Assembly: GCA_014729135.1 (NCBI GenBank)
Contig: WJKK01000001.1
Span: 128,593 to 192,592, forward strand
Reading direction: 5' to 3'
From: a candidate division WWE3 bacterium
Lineage (GTDB): Bacteria; Patescibacteriota; WWE3; UBA101185; UBA10185
Length of the DNA: 64,000 nt
Below the pieces are notes generated by a model that was not told the origin of the DNA, ran no database searches, and saw nothing but the letters and a program-made list of their open reading frames with translations. Positions 48,058-57,638 of this stretch are shown in pieces (the stretch's first letter is position 1; each line of letters opens with the position of its first letter). The position numbers were made by a program, and so were the translations under genes.

Positions 48058-49833
48058 ATGGATTCAGTACAAAAAGTAAAAACCAGATTAGGGATAGTTG
48101 AAGTTGTAAGTTCTTACCTTGATTTGCAACGTTCCGGAAAAAACTACAAAGCAGTTTGCCCCTTTCACTCCGAAGATACTCCTTCTTTTATGGTGTCGCC
48201 TAAATTGGGAATCTATAAGTGTTTTGGTTGTGGTGCTTCCGGGGATATTTTCACGTTTGTACAGGAAATGGATGGATTGGACTTTTACGAGGCCTTAAAA
48301 AAACTGGCAGATCAGGCAGGAGTTGAGCTGGAAAAGGCTCCAAAAAATGAGGCTTACAGGCTAAAAAAGAAGCTTTACAAAATTAACGAAAAAGCTGTGG
48401 AATTTTACGAGCACCTGCTGTTAAAGCATAAAGCAGGAAAGCAGGGATTGGAGTATTTAACAAAAAAGCGTGGCTTAAGTAAAGAAGTTATAAATGAATA
48501 TCGCCTGGGTTATGCTCCAAAAACCTGGGATCTGCTATATAAATTTCTGGTTAAGCAGGGGTATAAAGATGCTGAAATGGAAAAGGCCGGCGTTGTTATT
48601 CCTCGGAAAAAAGGCGACGGCTATATTGATAAATTTCGCGGGCGTGTAATGTTTCCTTTAATAGACACAACGGGGAAAGTTCAAGGTTTCATGGCTCGTA
48701 CAATTTTTGACGATATTCCCAAGTACCTAAACACCTCAGATACTCCCGTTTTTAACAAGTCGCGCTTTGTTTTTGGGCTTGATAAGGCTAGGATTTCGAT
48801 AAAAAAGAAGGGTACAGTTTTTGTGGAAGGCCCTATGGATGTGATTAGTGCTTATCAGGCAGGGATTAAAAATGTAGTGGCTCCTTTGGGGACTTCGCTT
48901 ACTTCGGCGCATCTAAAAATTATTGCTCGCTATACGGAAGATGTAACTTTTTGTTTTGACTCCGATACGGCGGGTCTGGAGGCAATTAAGCGCGCTATCT
49001 TGTTGGCAGAAAAGCAGAATTTAAATATTAAGGTGGCTATGATTCCTGAAAAGTATCGCGATTTAGATGAGGTCTTAAAGGATGATGCTGATCTAGCAGG
49101 AGATGTTTTGGCTTCGGCGGTTTCGGCTTACGACTTTTTTATTGCCTATGCCTTAAAAAAGCACAACAAAAAATCTGCTTTAGGTAAGAAGAAAATTGTC
49201 ACTGAACTTGCTCCGATTTTTTCTAAGATTTCCAGTGAGGTGGCCTTGGATCACTACGTTAAAGAGCTTGCCGAAGAGCTGGAAACTTCAGAGGAGGTTA
49301 TTTATTCGGCGTTGTCATCCGAGGAGGGTAAGGTTGATTTGGATGCTGCTTTTGGGGTGTCCTCAACGGAGGCTCCTGTGGAGGTGCACAGCCCTATTCA
49401 GGATCAGGAGGCGTACTTTTTATTTTTGCTTTTGAAGTTGGAGGATAGGCTAAAAATGCAGCCGTTTTTGGAAAAGCATAAGGAGGCGCACTTTTTTGGT
49501 ACTCAGGCAAAGCAGACTTTTACTCGGTTGGGTGATTACGTGGCTTCTTCTAAGGGAAATAAACTTGATATAAAAGCCTTTATTGATATAATGGATGAGT
49601 CTTTGGCCGGTTTTGTGCAGAATCTTTATTTGTGGCAAGATTGGTCTGAACTGGATGACTCCGGAATTTTAGGAGAGTTGGAGGATGTTAGTGAGCGTCT
49701 GGAGAAGCGGTTTGCAAAGAAGGCTATTGAGCGTTTGCAAAAGGAGTTGTCGTTGGCGGAAAAGCAGGGGGATACGGCTAAAGTTAAGAGTTTGACGGAG
49801 CGAATTAGGGATTTTTCACGTAAGATAGTTTAA
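48058..49833 (+). CDS. dnaG: DNA primase
   Basis: CPFH..CFGC zinc finger, KYLNTS, VEGPMDV, FDSD motifs. Confidence 0.97.
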   Translation: MDSVQKVKTRLGIVEVVSSYLDLQRSGKNYKAVCPFHSEDTPSFMVSPKLGIYKCFGCGASGDIFTFVQEMDGLDFYEALKKLADQAGVELEKAPKNEAYRLKKKLYKINEKAVEFYEHLLLKHKAGKQGLEYLTKKRGLSKEVINEYRLGYAPKTWDLLYKFLVKQGYKDAEMEKAGVVIPRKKGDGYIDKFRGRVMFPLIDTTGKVQGFMARTIFDDIPKYLNTSDTPVFNKSRFVFGLDKARISIKKKGTVFVEGPMDVISAYQAGIKNVVAPLGTSLTSAHLKIIARYTEDVTFCFDSDTAGLEAIKRAILLAEKQNLNIKVAMIPEKYRDLDEVLKDDADLAGDVLASAVSAYDFFIAYALKKHNKKSALGKKKIVTELAPIFSKISSEVALDHYVKELAEELETSEEVIYSALSSEEGKVDLDAAFGVSSTEAPVEVHSPIQDQEAYFLFLLLKLEDRLKMQPFLEKHKEAHFFGTQAKQTFTRLGDYVASSKGNKLDIKAFIDIMDESLAGFVQNLYLWQDWSELDDSGILGELEDVSERLEKRFAKKAIERLQKELSLAEKQGDTAKVKSLTERIRDFSRKIV

Positions 49834-49891
49834 AATTAAGGCGCTATTTGCTGTTCTTTGAGAGAGGAAAGAGGCAGCTTTTTAAAAACAC

Positions 49892-51004
49892 ATGGCAAAA
49901 AAGAAAGAACCCAAAAACAAAAAAGAAAATATAGTAGATCCCAAGGAGCGCACAATTCAAAAGTTGGTGCTGCAAGGGAAAAAGCAAGGATATTTGACTG
50001 TTTCGGAAGTACTTTCTGTTTTTCCTGAAGCTGAAGAGAACATTGAGGAACTGGATAAGCTGTATCAAAAGCTTGGCGGTGAAGGTGTTAATGTTTTTGA
50101 TGTTCAGGCAGAGCGCGATGAGGAAGAATTGGATGCCTTTTCTGAAGGTATTTTAGAGAAGCTGCAAAAAGGAGGTTCTCGTTCGACGGATCCTGTTCGC
50201 ATGTATCTGCGTGAAATTGGAAAGGTTCCTTTGTTAAAGGCTGAAGAAGAAGTTCAGTTAGCCAAGCGAATTGAGGCTGATGATGAGGCTGCTTTTGAGC
50301 ATTTAACACGTGCAAATCTCCGCTTAGTTGTTTCCATAGCCAAAAAATATATGGGGCGAGGTTTAGCCTTTCTTGACTTGATTCAGGAAGGTAACACCGG
50401 TTTAATGCGTGCTGTTGAAAAATTTGATTGGCGTCGTGGATTTAAGTTTTCAACATATGCTACTTGGTGGATTCGTCAGGCCATTACACGCGCTTTAGCG
50501 GATCAGGCTAGGACTATTCGAATTCCTGTGCACATGGTGGAGACGATTAACAAGTATAAAAAGATTGAGCGTCAGCTGGAGCAGGAGAAGGAGCGTGCCA
50601 TTAAGCCTGCAGAAGTTGCAAAAGAGATGGACATTGATATTGAGAAGGCTCGCCACATTGTTAAGATTTCGCAAAAGACGGCCTCTATAGAGACCCCTGT
50701 GGGTAAGGAAGAGGACACTCGTTTGAAGGCTTTTATTGAGGATAAGAAGGCGTTGTCCCCTTTTGAGTCGGCTAGTCAGGAGCTTTTGAAGGGGCATATT
50801 ATGGATGTTTTGCACACGCTAAGTGATCGGGAGAAGCGTGTTTTGGAGTTGCGTTTTGGATTGTTGGATGGGCGGACGCGAACTTTGGAGGAGGTTGGCA
50901 AGGAGTTTGGAGTGACTCGTGAGCGTATTCGGCAGATTGAGGCTAAGGCTTTGCGAAAGTTGCGTCATCCTTCAAGAAGCCGTAAGCTACGGGATTATTT
51001 GTAG
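49892..51004 (+). CDS. rpoD: Primary sigma factor
   Basis: [40 protein letters not shown] motifs. Confidence 0.98.
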   Translation: MAKKKEPKNKKENIVDPKERTIQKLVLQGKKQGYLTVSEVLSVFPEAEENIEELDKLYQKLGGEGVNVFDVQAERDEEELDAFSEGILEKLQKGGSRSTDPVRMYLREIGKVPLLKAEEEVQLAKRIEADDEAAFEHLTRANLRLVVSIAKKYMGRGLAFLDLIQEGNTGLMRAVEKFDWRRGFKFSTYATWWIRQAITRALADQARTIRIPVHMVETINKYKKIERQLEQEKERAIKPAEVAKEMDIDIEKARHIVKISQKTASIETPVGKEEDTRLKAFIEDKKALSPFESASQELLKGHIMDVLHTLSDREKRVLELRFGLLDGRTRTLEEVGKEFGVTRERIRQIEAKALRKLRHPSRSRKLRDYL

Positions 51005-51014
51005 CTTTTTATTT

Positions 51015-52688
51015 CTAGAGTTTTGGGCAATAATTTTTCTTCGTTGTTAAGCACTTGTTTTCATAAATATGCACGTCTGAAAGATTCACTAAATTTGGTT
51101 TTGGGAGCGTAAACTCTTTTATTAGTTGAAATTTTTCCGGATTTTTTACTGTAGTTTCAAACTCTTCCCATCTTTCTGAATAAAAAGGATACTTTTCCTG
51201 CACCTCTTCCCTTTTATAGTTGTTCATGGGTTTTGAGGATAAAATTACATAATCATAGCCTATTGGATCCGGTGGAAAGTCAAATTGGGCATTTTCCGTT
51301 GTATAAACAATTGGTCTTATTACTCTTATCCCCTGCAACTTATTAAGGGGATCTAAACCCTCTTCCGTAATTGCAAGTTTATTAGCACTTTCCGGTAGAT
51401 TATCCCTTGCCCACTCGTAGCTTTCTGATTTTGGTGTGTGCCGATTGAATTGCTTTAGTAGCAGTAGAGGGTTTTTTAGATAGAGGGTTCCCCCCGCAAG
51501 TATTGTTATTGTACTTAGAAGTGGGAAAAGGTTCTTTTGAACGCACTTTTGCAGCCCGCTCCTAGCGGGCGAAACGTGAGGAAAAAGATGCCTTTTCCCA
51601 ACTTCTACTATGCCTTTTGCTGCATAAACCAGCACCAAAGGAAGTATTGGAAGTAGCCATCTACCAACTTCACGGGCATTTAGTGAGAAAAACAGCAAAT
51701 AAGTTAGGATGTTTCCTGTTAAAAAGATATGCAAAGCAATGTCCTTTTTTTCCTTCCTTTTACTACGAACAAAAGTAACCAAATTCCCGTAAAGGGAAAT
51801 GAGAAAAACAAGTGGAGTTGAAATAAAAATTAGACTTTTCAAATACTTCAGGGTATCTAAATTTACCGAATCAAAAACCATTCCGGCTTCTTTAGCTTGC
51901 ATCTCAAAAATTCTATAAGCAAAATCATGTGCAAAAATAAGCGAAAAGGGATTAGATATAGCAAATCCTATGTAGCTTAGAAACAGAAAAGCAAATAAAC
52001 TACGCCAATCCTTTTGCTTTGCGTAAATATAAATCAGCCAAGGCAAAGATAAAACGGCAGTAATCTTTGTTCCTACCGCAAATCCAAATAAGATTCCCGA
52101 CAAAATCACCCACAAACTTTTCTTTGGATCTCTAAAATATAGGATGTAGGTTAAAAACACCCCATTAATTAACAGAGTTAGGAAAATATCCATATTCACG
52201 TAATGAGAATGCACTATTAGTTTCCAGTTAAGGCTTGTTAGAAAAATTAATCCTAGTGCTTCTAGCTTTGAAACTTTTTTATTAAACAAATTTTTATAAA
52301 TTAACAATGCTATGGGAATGATGCTTAAAGAAGTTAAAGCAGTAAGACTTCTTAAAAAAACATAAATTGCTTGCTTTTCAAAGGCGAAGTTTAAAAGATT
52401 GGCTCCTTTACTAAAGGACATAGTGGCAAGAGTTAAAATATAAGTGGGAAACATTCCATACACAAAAGAAATTGGGATGAGTCTGTAAAATTCTTTTTTA
52501 CTCATTATGTTGCGGATTTGATAGGTGTATTTAACTGCCAATTCCACAATTTCAGGCTCGTCAGCATGAAAACTATGAGGGAGTCCGAAATTTATGGCAT
52601 GAAGGCGTAGATATGTTCCTGATAGAACTATTATTGCTGCCGTCAGCCAAAAAAGAAGTTGTTTGTTTTTAAATTTAGAGATTTTCAT
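51015..52688 (-). CDS. GT-C (PMT/ArnT-like) glycosyltransferase
   Basis: LRL..INFGLP, HADE, GTK, RWLLP motifs; many TMs. Confidence 0.82.
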   Translation of the reverse strand: MKISKFKNKQLLFWLTAAIIVLSGTYLRLHAINFGLPHSFHADEPEIVELAVKYTYQIRNIMSKKEFYRLIPISFVYGMFPTYILTLATMSFSKGANLLNFAFEKQAIYVFLRSLTALTSLSIIPIALLIYKNLFNKKVSKLEALGLIFLTSLNWKLIVHSHYVNMDIFLTLLINGVFLTYILYFRDPKKSLWVILSGILFGFAVGTKITAVLSLPWLIYIYAKQKDWRSLFAFLFLSYIGFAISNPFSLIFAHDFAYRIFEMQAKEAGMVFDSVNLDTLKYLKSLIFISTPLVFLISLYGNLVTFVRSKRKEKKDIALHIFLTGNILTYLLFFSLNAREVGRWLLPILPLVLVYAAKGIVEVGKRHLFPHVSPARSGLQKCVQKNLFPLLSTITILAGGTLYLKNPLLLLKQFNRHTPKSESYEWARDNLPESANKLAITEEGLDPLNKLQGIRVIRPIVYTTENAQFDFPPDPIGYDYVILSSKPMNNYKREEVQEKYPFYSERWEEFETTVKNPEKFQLIKEFTLPKPNLVNLSDVHIYENKCLTTKKNYCPKL

Positions 52689-53793
52689 TAGCCAAAAGTT
52701 CTCGTGTTTTAGATTTGTAAGCTTCTACATCCGGTTGTCCAAAAGGATTAACCTCTAAAAGCTTAGCTAAAAGAAGCACTTCCATCATTTTAGTTTGCAT
52801 AAACTTACCTAGCTCCTCCTCATTTGTTTCTTCCAGTATGTGGGTTCTAAAAGGAATTTGCTTTTCTTTGTAGGTTTCTTGAACGGCTTTCATAATGGTT
52901 TGTTGGTATTTGTTTTCATCTTTAGAGATTAGGAATTCATGCTGTGTGTTTTGAGTTCCTCCTGCAAAGTATTGTTGCAGTGAGTGGAGGTCTTTGGATC
53001 CTTCTGAAACTGCTGGAAAAAATCCTTTGTTTTCTTTTCCTAAGCTTTCTCCAAGGAGCTGTTGATACCAAAAAGCTAGTGTTTTTAGCTTTGGCGAGAA
53101 AACAAAGATGTTGTAGATTTTTTTACCATTTTTATAGTTTTCAAAGACTTCCGTTACGTTTTTGATAGTTTTTTCCGGATTTTCAGAGATTTCTTTGGTT
53201 GCTTGCATTGCTCCTTTTAGTAACTGGACTACATCTATTTTTGTTAGAGCTAATGGAACCAGTCCTACAGGAGAAAAAACGGAAAATCTTCCACCTACCT
53301 CTTGAGGAATTGTTAGGGTTGTGGCTTTTTCCCTATTGATAGGAAATTCGGAGTCTTTTCCCGTTATGAGAATTTCATGAAAGCCGGCTTTCCATGGGAG
53401 ATGTTCTTTTAACAGTTCATAGTTCTTTCTTGTTTCTAAAGTTTTTCCTGATTTGCTAATTGTTATGAAGGCTGTTTTTTTAGGATCTTTTTTTTCCAAA
53501 TCTTTTACTAAGTATTGAATTTTTTCTACGTTTATTTGATCTAAAAAATGGAGTTTAGTACTAGGGTTAGTGTAGGAAAACAGCGCTTCATAAATAGCTT
53601 TTGTCCCTAAAGAAGAACCTCCAATTCCTATAACAAAAACATCTGTGACATTTAGGTTTTTTGTCGCCTCCATAACTTCTCTAAGGTTATCCTCATCAAA
53701 GGGAAGTTTAAGAAAACTTTCTTCCGTTGAGTATCCTTCTTTTTTTAATGTTTGGGAAAGACTATCCAGATATGTTGCAAGTTCCAATGCCAT
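52675..53793 (-). CDS. pgi: Glucose-6-phosphate isomerase (short)
   Basis: IGIGGSSLG, ISKSG, VGGRFSV, ESLGK, NPFGQPDVEAYK motifs. Confidence 0.92.
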   Translation of the reverse strand: MALELATYLDSLSQTLKKEGYSTEESFLKLPFDEDNLREVMEATKNLNVTDVFVIGIGGSSLGTKAIYEALFSYTNPSTKLHFLDQINVEKIQYLVKDLEKKDPKKTAFITISKSGKTLETRKNYELLKEHLPWKAGFHEILITGKDSEFPINREKATTLTIPQEVGGRFSVFSPVGLVPLALTKIDVVQLLKGAMQATKEISENPEKTIKNVTEVFENYKNGKKIYNIFVFSPKLKTLAFWYQQLLGESLGKENKGFFPAVSEGSKDLHSLQQYFAGGTQNTQHEFLISKDENKYQQTIMKAVQETYKEKQIPFRTHILEETNEEELGKFMQTKMMEVLLLAKLLEVNPFGQPDVEAYKSKTRELLANENL

Positions 53794-53847
53794 GTTTAAA
53801 GTATATCAGTTTCGTTATTTTTGCATTTTGTTAAAATAGGCTTTGCA

Positions 53848-56415
53848 ATGGTCTCTAGAAAATCCGGTAAAAAAGCCTCCAAAAAAGGAAAGGAAAAGTC
53901 TCCCTCCAAAGATGTTTCTGAAAAAGGCGTAGAAGAAAATTGCTCCAAATCCTCTTTAGAACGGGAATTCCAAACACCAATGATGCAGCAGTACATTGAG
54001 ATTAAAAGAGCTCACAAAGACTGCATAATCTTTTTTCGACTAGGCGACTTTTATGAAATGTTTTTGGAAGACGCTCAAATAGGGGCAAAAGTTTTAGACA
54101 TAACTTTAACCGGTCGTGACAGAGGAAAAGACGGGCGTGTTCCCATGGCGGGAGTTCCCTATCATGCTGTTGATTCGTATCTCCCTCGTTTAGTAAAGGC
54201 AGGTCACAAAGTAGCTATTTGTGAACAAGTTGGCGATCCCGAATCCGGAGGACTAATGAAGCGGGAAGTCGTTCGCATTGTCACTCCGGGTACTTTGTTA
54301 AACGAAAGTAGTCTTGAGAAAAAAGAAAACAACTACATTTTTTCATTTCTCGTTACGGGAAAACACATAGGAGTTGCTTTAGCAGACTTATCCACCGGGG
54401 ATTTCAAGTCGGCAGAGTTTAAAGATACCTCTTTAGAACAAATTTTAACAGATGAAATTTTTAGATTTATGCCTTCCGAATGCATTGTTACTTTGGACGA
54501 CTACAACAATCCCAAAATTTTAAAAGTCCTAAAAAAGAACCCAAACCTTAACATATATTTCTATGAAGACGCCTCTTTTTACATTGATAATGCTGAAAAC
54601 ACTTTATTGGAGCATTTTGAGGTTAAAGATCTTTCAGGCTTTGGTTTAAAAGAAAAAACGGCGGCTCAAAAAGCTTCCGCCTTATTGTTGGGCTATCTCT
54701 ACTCCACACAAAAAGGCAAAGTAAGCCACATTTCTAAAATTTCTTTATTGCAAAGAAAAGATCATGTAAGTCTGGATCAATCTACTGTAATTAACTTGGA
54801 AATTTTTAAAACTCTTCGTGACGGCTCTAAAAAAGGCTCTTTAGTTGGCTTTTTAGACCAAATGCAAACTTCTATGGGAGGGCGTTTGCTGCGTTCTTGG
54901 TTACGATCCCCTTTAATGGAAACCAAAACCTTAGAAGAGCGCTATGATCTAATTGATTATTACCTTCAAAACCTTGATTCCTATGAAAAGTTGCGCGAAA
55001 TGCTTTGTGAAATAGCTGATATAGAAAGAATTCTTTCGCGAGTTTCTGTAGGTATAGGAAATCCAATTGATCTTGTCTCGCTAAAATCTTCTGTGAATAT
55101 GGCCCTGAATGTTCGGGAAGTAGTTGAATCAGCCCTGCCGCCCCTTACTAAAGCTCACAAAAAGCTGGTTGCAGATATTTCCCCTAAGTTACAGGACTTA
55201 GTGGATTACATTGAAAAGCGTCTAATAGCGGAACCTCCCCTAGATCCCAAGAACGGCGGTTTTATAAAGGAAGGTGTGGACTCCCGTTTAGATGACCTTC
55301 GCAAAAAGATTTTAGGCAGTCGGGATTTTGTGGAAAATCTGGAAGAACAGCAACGTGAGGAAACGGGCATCGCCTCCCTTAAGGTAAAATCAAACAAGGT
55401 TTATGGTTATTACATCGAAGTTACCAAGACGAATCTGGATCAAGTGCCTGATCATTATGTGCGCAAGCAAACTCTGGTAAATTCGGAGCGCTTTATTACG
55501 CCGGAGTTGAAACGGCATGAAGCTCTGATTTTGAAAGCAGAGGAGAAAATAAAAGATCTTGAATATGAGTTGTTTTTAGAAATTGTTGAGGAGGTTTTGT
55601 CCTATAATGCCTTTTTACAGCAAGCTTCCCAAGCTATTGCAACTTTAGATTGCCTATTAAATTTTACGAAATTTGCTCTAGAAAAGGACTTTCATCGTCC
55701 AAATCTGACAAGTTCAGGGGAAATTAAGATTAATCAAGGGAGGCATCCTGTTGTAGAGGACTTGTTGCCTCTAGGTGAGTTTAATCCCAATGACACCGTG
55801 TTAAACCAAAAGGATCATCAGCTTCTGATTTTAACCGGGCCAAACATGTCGGGAAAGTCGGTTTATATTCGTCAGGTGGCTGTCATTATGCTGCTGGCTC
55901 AAATAGGATGTTTTGTTCCTGCTGCCTCCGCCGAGATAACTCCCGTGGATAGAATCTTTGTTCGCAGCGGGGCTTCTGACATGATTTCGTCAGGCATTTC
56001 AACTTTCATGCTGGAAATGATTGAAGCTGCCTACATTTTAAACAACGCCACCTCCAACAGTTTAATTATTATGGATGAAATTGGCCGTGGTACCAGTACT
56101 TATGACGGTATCAGTTTGGCCTGGTCTATTGCTTCTTACTTGGTGACTCAAAAGGATTTAAAGCCCAAGACGCTTTTTGCCACGCATTATCACGAGCTTT
56201 GTGATCTGGAGAAAAAGTTTCCCGACTCCATTAAGAATTTTCAGGTGCTGGTTCAAGAGGATGCTGAAGGGGAGCCTATCTTTTTGCATAAGGTAACGGA
56301 GGGGCCTGCAGGGCATAGCTGTGGGATTGCAGTGGCGCGTTTGGCGGGTGTTCCTGAGGAGGTTACAAAAAAAGCAGAGGAGGTTTTGAAGCGTCTGGAG
56401 GGCCGTGGTGTTTAG
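53848..56415 (+). CDS. mutS: DNA mismatch repair protein MutS
   Basis: TPMMQQY, GDFYEMF, GPNMSGKS, DEIGRG, FATHYHEL motifs. Confidence 0.97.
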   Translation: MVSRKSGKKASKKGKEKSPSKDVSEKGVEENCSKSSLEREFQTPMMQQYIEIKRAHKDCIIFFRLGDFYEMFLEDAQIGAKVLDITLTGRDRGKDGRVPMAGVPYHAVDSYLPRLVKAGHKVAICEQVGDPESGGLMKREVVRIVTPGTLLNESSLEKKENNYIFSFLVTGKHIGVALADLSTGDFKSAEFKDTSLEQILTDEIFRFMPSECIVTLDDYNNPKILKVLKKNPNLNIYFYEDASFYIDNAENTLLEHFEVKDLSGFGLKEKTAAQKASALLLGYLYSTQKGKVSHISKISLLQRKDHVSLDQSTVINLEIFKTLRDGSKKGSLVGFLDQMQTSMGGRLLRSWLRSPLMETKTLEERYDLIDYYLQNLDSYEKLREMLCEIADIERILSRVSVGIGNPIDLVSLKSSVNMALNVREVVESALPPLTKAHKKLVADISPKLQDLVDYIEKRLIAEPPLDPKNGGFIKEGVDSRLDDLRKKILGSRDFVENLEEQQREETGIASLKVKSNKVYGYYIEVTKTNLDQVPDHYVRKQTLVNSERFITPELKRHEALILKAEEKIKDLEYELFLEIVEEVLSYNAFLQQASQAIATLDCLLNFTKFALEKDFHRPNLTSSGEIKINQGRHPVVEDLLPLGEFNPNDTVLNQKDHQLLILTGPNMSGKSVYIRQVAVIMLLAQIGCFVPAASAEITPVDRIFVRSGASDMISSGISTFMLEMIEAAYILNNATSNSLIIMDEIGRGTSTYDGISLAWSIASYLVTQKDLKPKTLFATHYHELCDLEKKFPDSIKNFQVLVQEDAEGEPIFLHKVTEGPAGHSCGIAVARLAGVPEEVTKKAEEVLKRLEGRGV

Positions 56416-56504
56416 TGTAAAAATTGCAAGCATCAAGGCAGCGCTTTTTAGGCCTTGACTAGGCCTCCCGTTATAGAGTAGAATGCTACTCGCTTACAAC
56501 TTGT

Positions 56505-56873
56505 ATGAGTAATCGACAAAGTTTAGAAAATGTTTCTTGCTACAATTGCGGAGCCACTTTAAAAAAGGGGCAGCTGGTAATTGTATCTGAAACTCCACTT
56601 GCCCTTGTTGCTCATGCCGTCTGCTACCAATGCGGTGCTCAAAGCATGTTAACAATGACACCTTCCGGTGTGGGTAGCGTGCCAATGGTTTCAGATTTGG
56701 AAGCAAGTGAAATAAAAAGATTTTTAGAAATGGATCTAATTTCTTATGATGAGATTTTAGACCTCCATAAGGAACTGAAAGGAACAAATATATGCAGCTT
56801 ATTGCAGAAAAACGAGAACAATTTGGAAAAAAAGCAAAAAGGATTAGGCAAGATAGAAAAGTCCCGGCAGTAA
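56505..56873 (+). CDS. Hypothetical zinc-ribbon protein
   Basis: CYNC...CYQC; overlaps rplY by 82 nt. Confidence 0.65.
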   Translation: MSNRQSLENVSCYNCGATLKKGQLVIVSETPLALVAHAVCYQCGAQSMLTMTPSGVGSVPMVSDLEASEIKRFLEMDLISYDEILDLHKELKGTNICSLLQKNENNLEKKQKGLGKIEKSRQ

Positions 56874-57517
56874 TTTTTGGGCCGGATATAGATTCAATCC
56901 CTATTACAATAGACAATAATGAGTTTGTGCGAATTTATCGTGAGGCCGGTGAAACTACTTTGGTTGATATTGCGGTTGAAGGTGTTAAAGAGCCCTACAA
57001 GGTTTTGATAAAGGAGCTTCAGTTGAATCCGGTTAATTACAGTGTTTTGCATGCAAGTTTTTACAAGGTGAATCTAAAGGAGAAAACTACCGCCGACATT
57101 CCTGTTGTTATTGAGGGTGATCAGGAGATTGATTTGGTAAAGAAGGGAGAAGCTTTGGTTTTGACGCAGCTTAATGAGATTACGGTTTCTGCTTTACCTA
57201 TGAATTTGCCTCGTGAGTTTGTTTTGGATGTTTCGGGCTTTGAGGAGATTGGCGATAGCTTGACGGTTGCTGATTTGGAGTTTGACGAGGATAAAGTGGA
57301 GGTTGTGGAGCACGGTACTGAAGATATTGTTGCTGTTTTGGATTATGCAACTATTGAGGAGGAGGAAGAGGAGGAGGCATTGACCGAGGAGGAGCTTATT
57401 GAGGGTCTTGAGGCTACTGAGGAGCGTGAGGAGGGCGAGGAAGGCGCTGTTGAGGGAGGAGAAGGAGCTGCTGCAAGCGAGGATGCTCCCGCCGATTCTG
57501 AGTCAAGCGCCGAGTAA
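56792..57517 (+). CDS. rplY: 50S ribosomal protein L25/Ctc
   Basis: VPAVIFG, HASFY motifs; acidic tail. Confidence 0.92.
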   Translation: MQLIAEKREQFGKKAKRIRQDRKVPAVIFGPDIDSIPITIDNNEFVRIYREAGETTLVDIAVEGVKEPYKVLIKELQLNPVNYSVLHASFYKVNLKEKTTADIPVVIEGDQEIDLVKKGEALVLTQLNEITVSALPMNLPREFVLDVSGFEEIGDSLTVADLEFDEDKVEVVEHGTEDIVAVLDYATIEEEEEEEALTEEELIEGLEATEEREEGEEGAVEGGEGAAASEDAPADSESSAE

Positions 57518-57603
57518 TATAGCTTTCAGGCTGTTGCATTCTGCATTTCAAAAAAATTGCAACTTTTTTGTTATTCTGACTGTGTCTTTTGGTATCTCGA
57601 TTT

Positions 57604-57630
57604 CGTCATCCTGAACTTGATTCAGGATCT
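57604..57630. repeat. GTCAT-tagged REP-like palindrome
   Basis: CGTCATCCTGAACTTGATTCAGGATCT between convergent genes. Confidence 0.85.
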
Positions 57631-57638
57631 TACCCACT

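Noticed and set aside
56792-56873. 82-nt overlap of the zinc-ribbon ORF with rplY, and the rnpA/yidD overlap
   Set aside because: The first is probably a simple stop extension; the second is common
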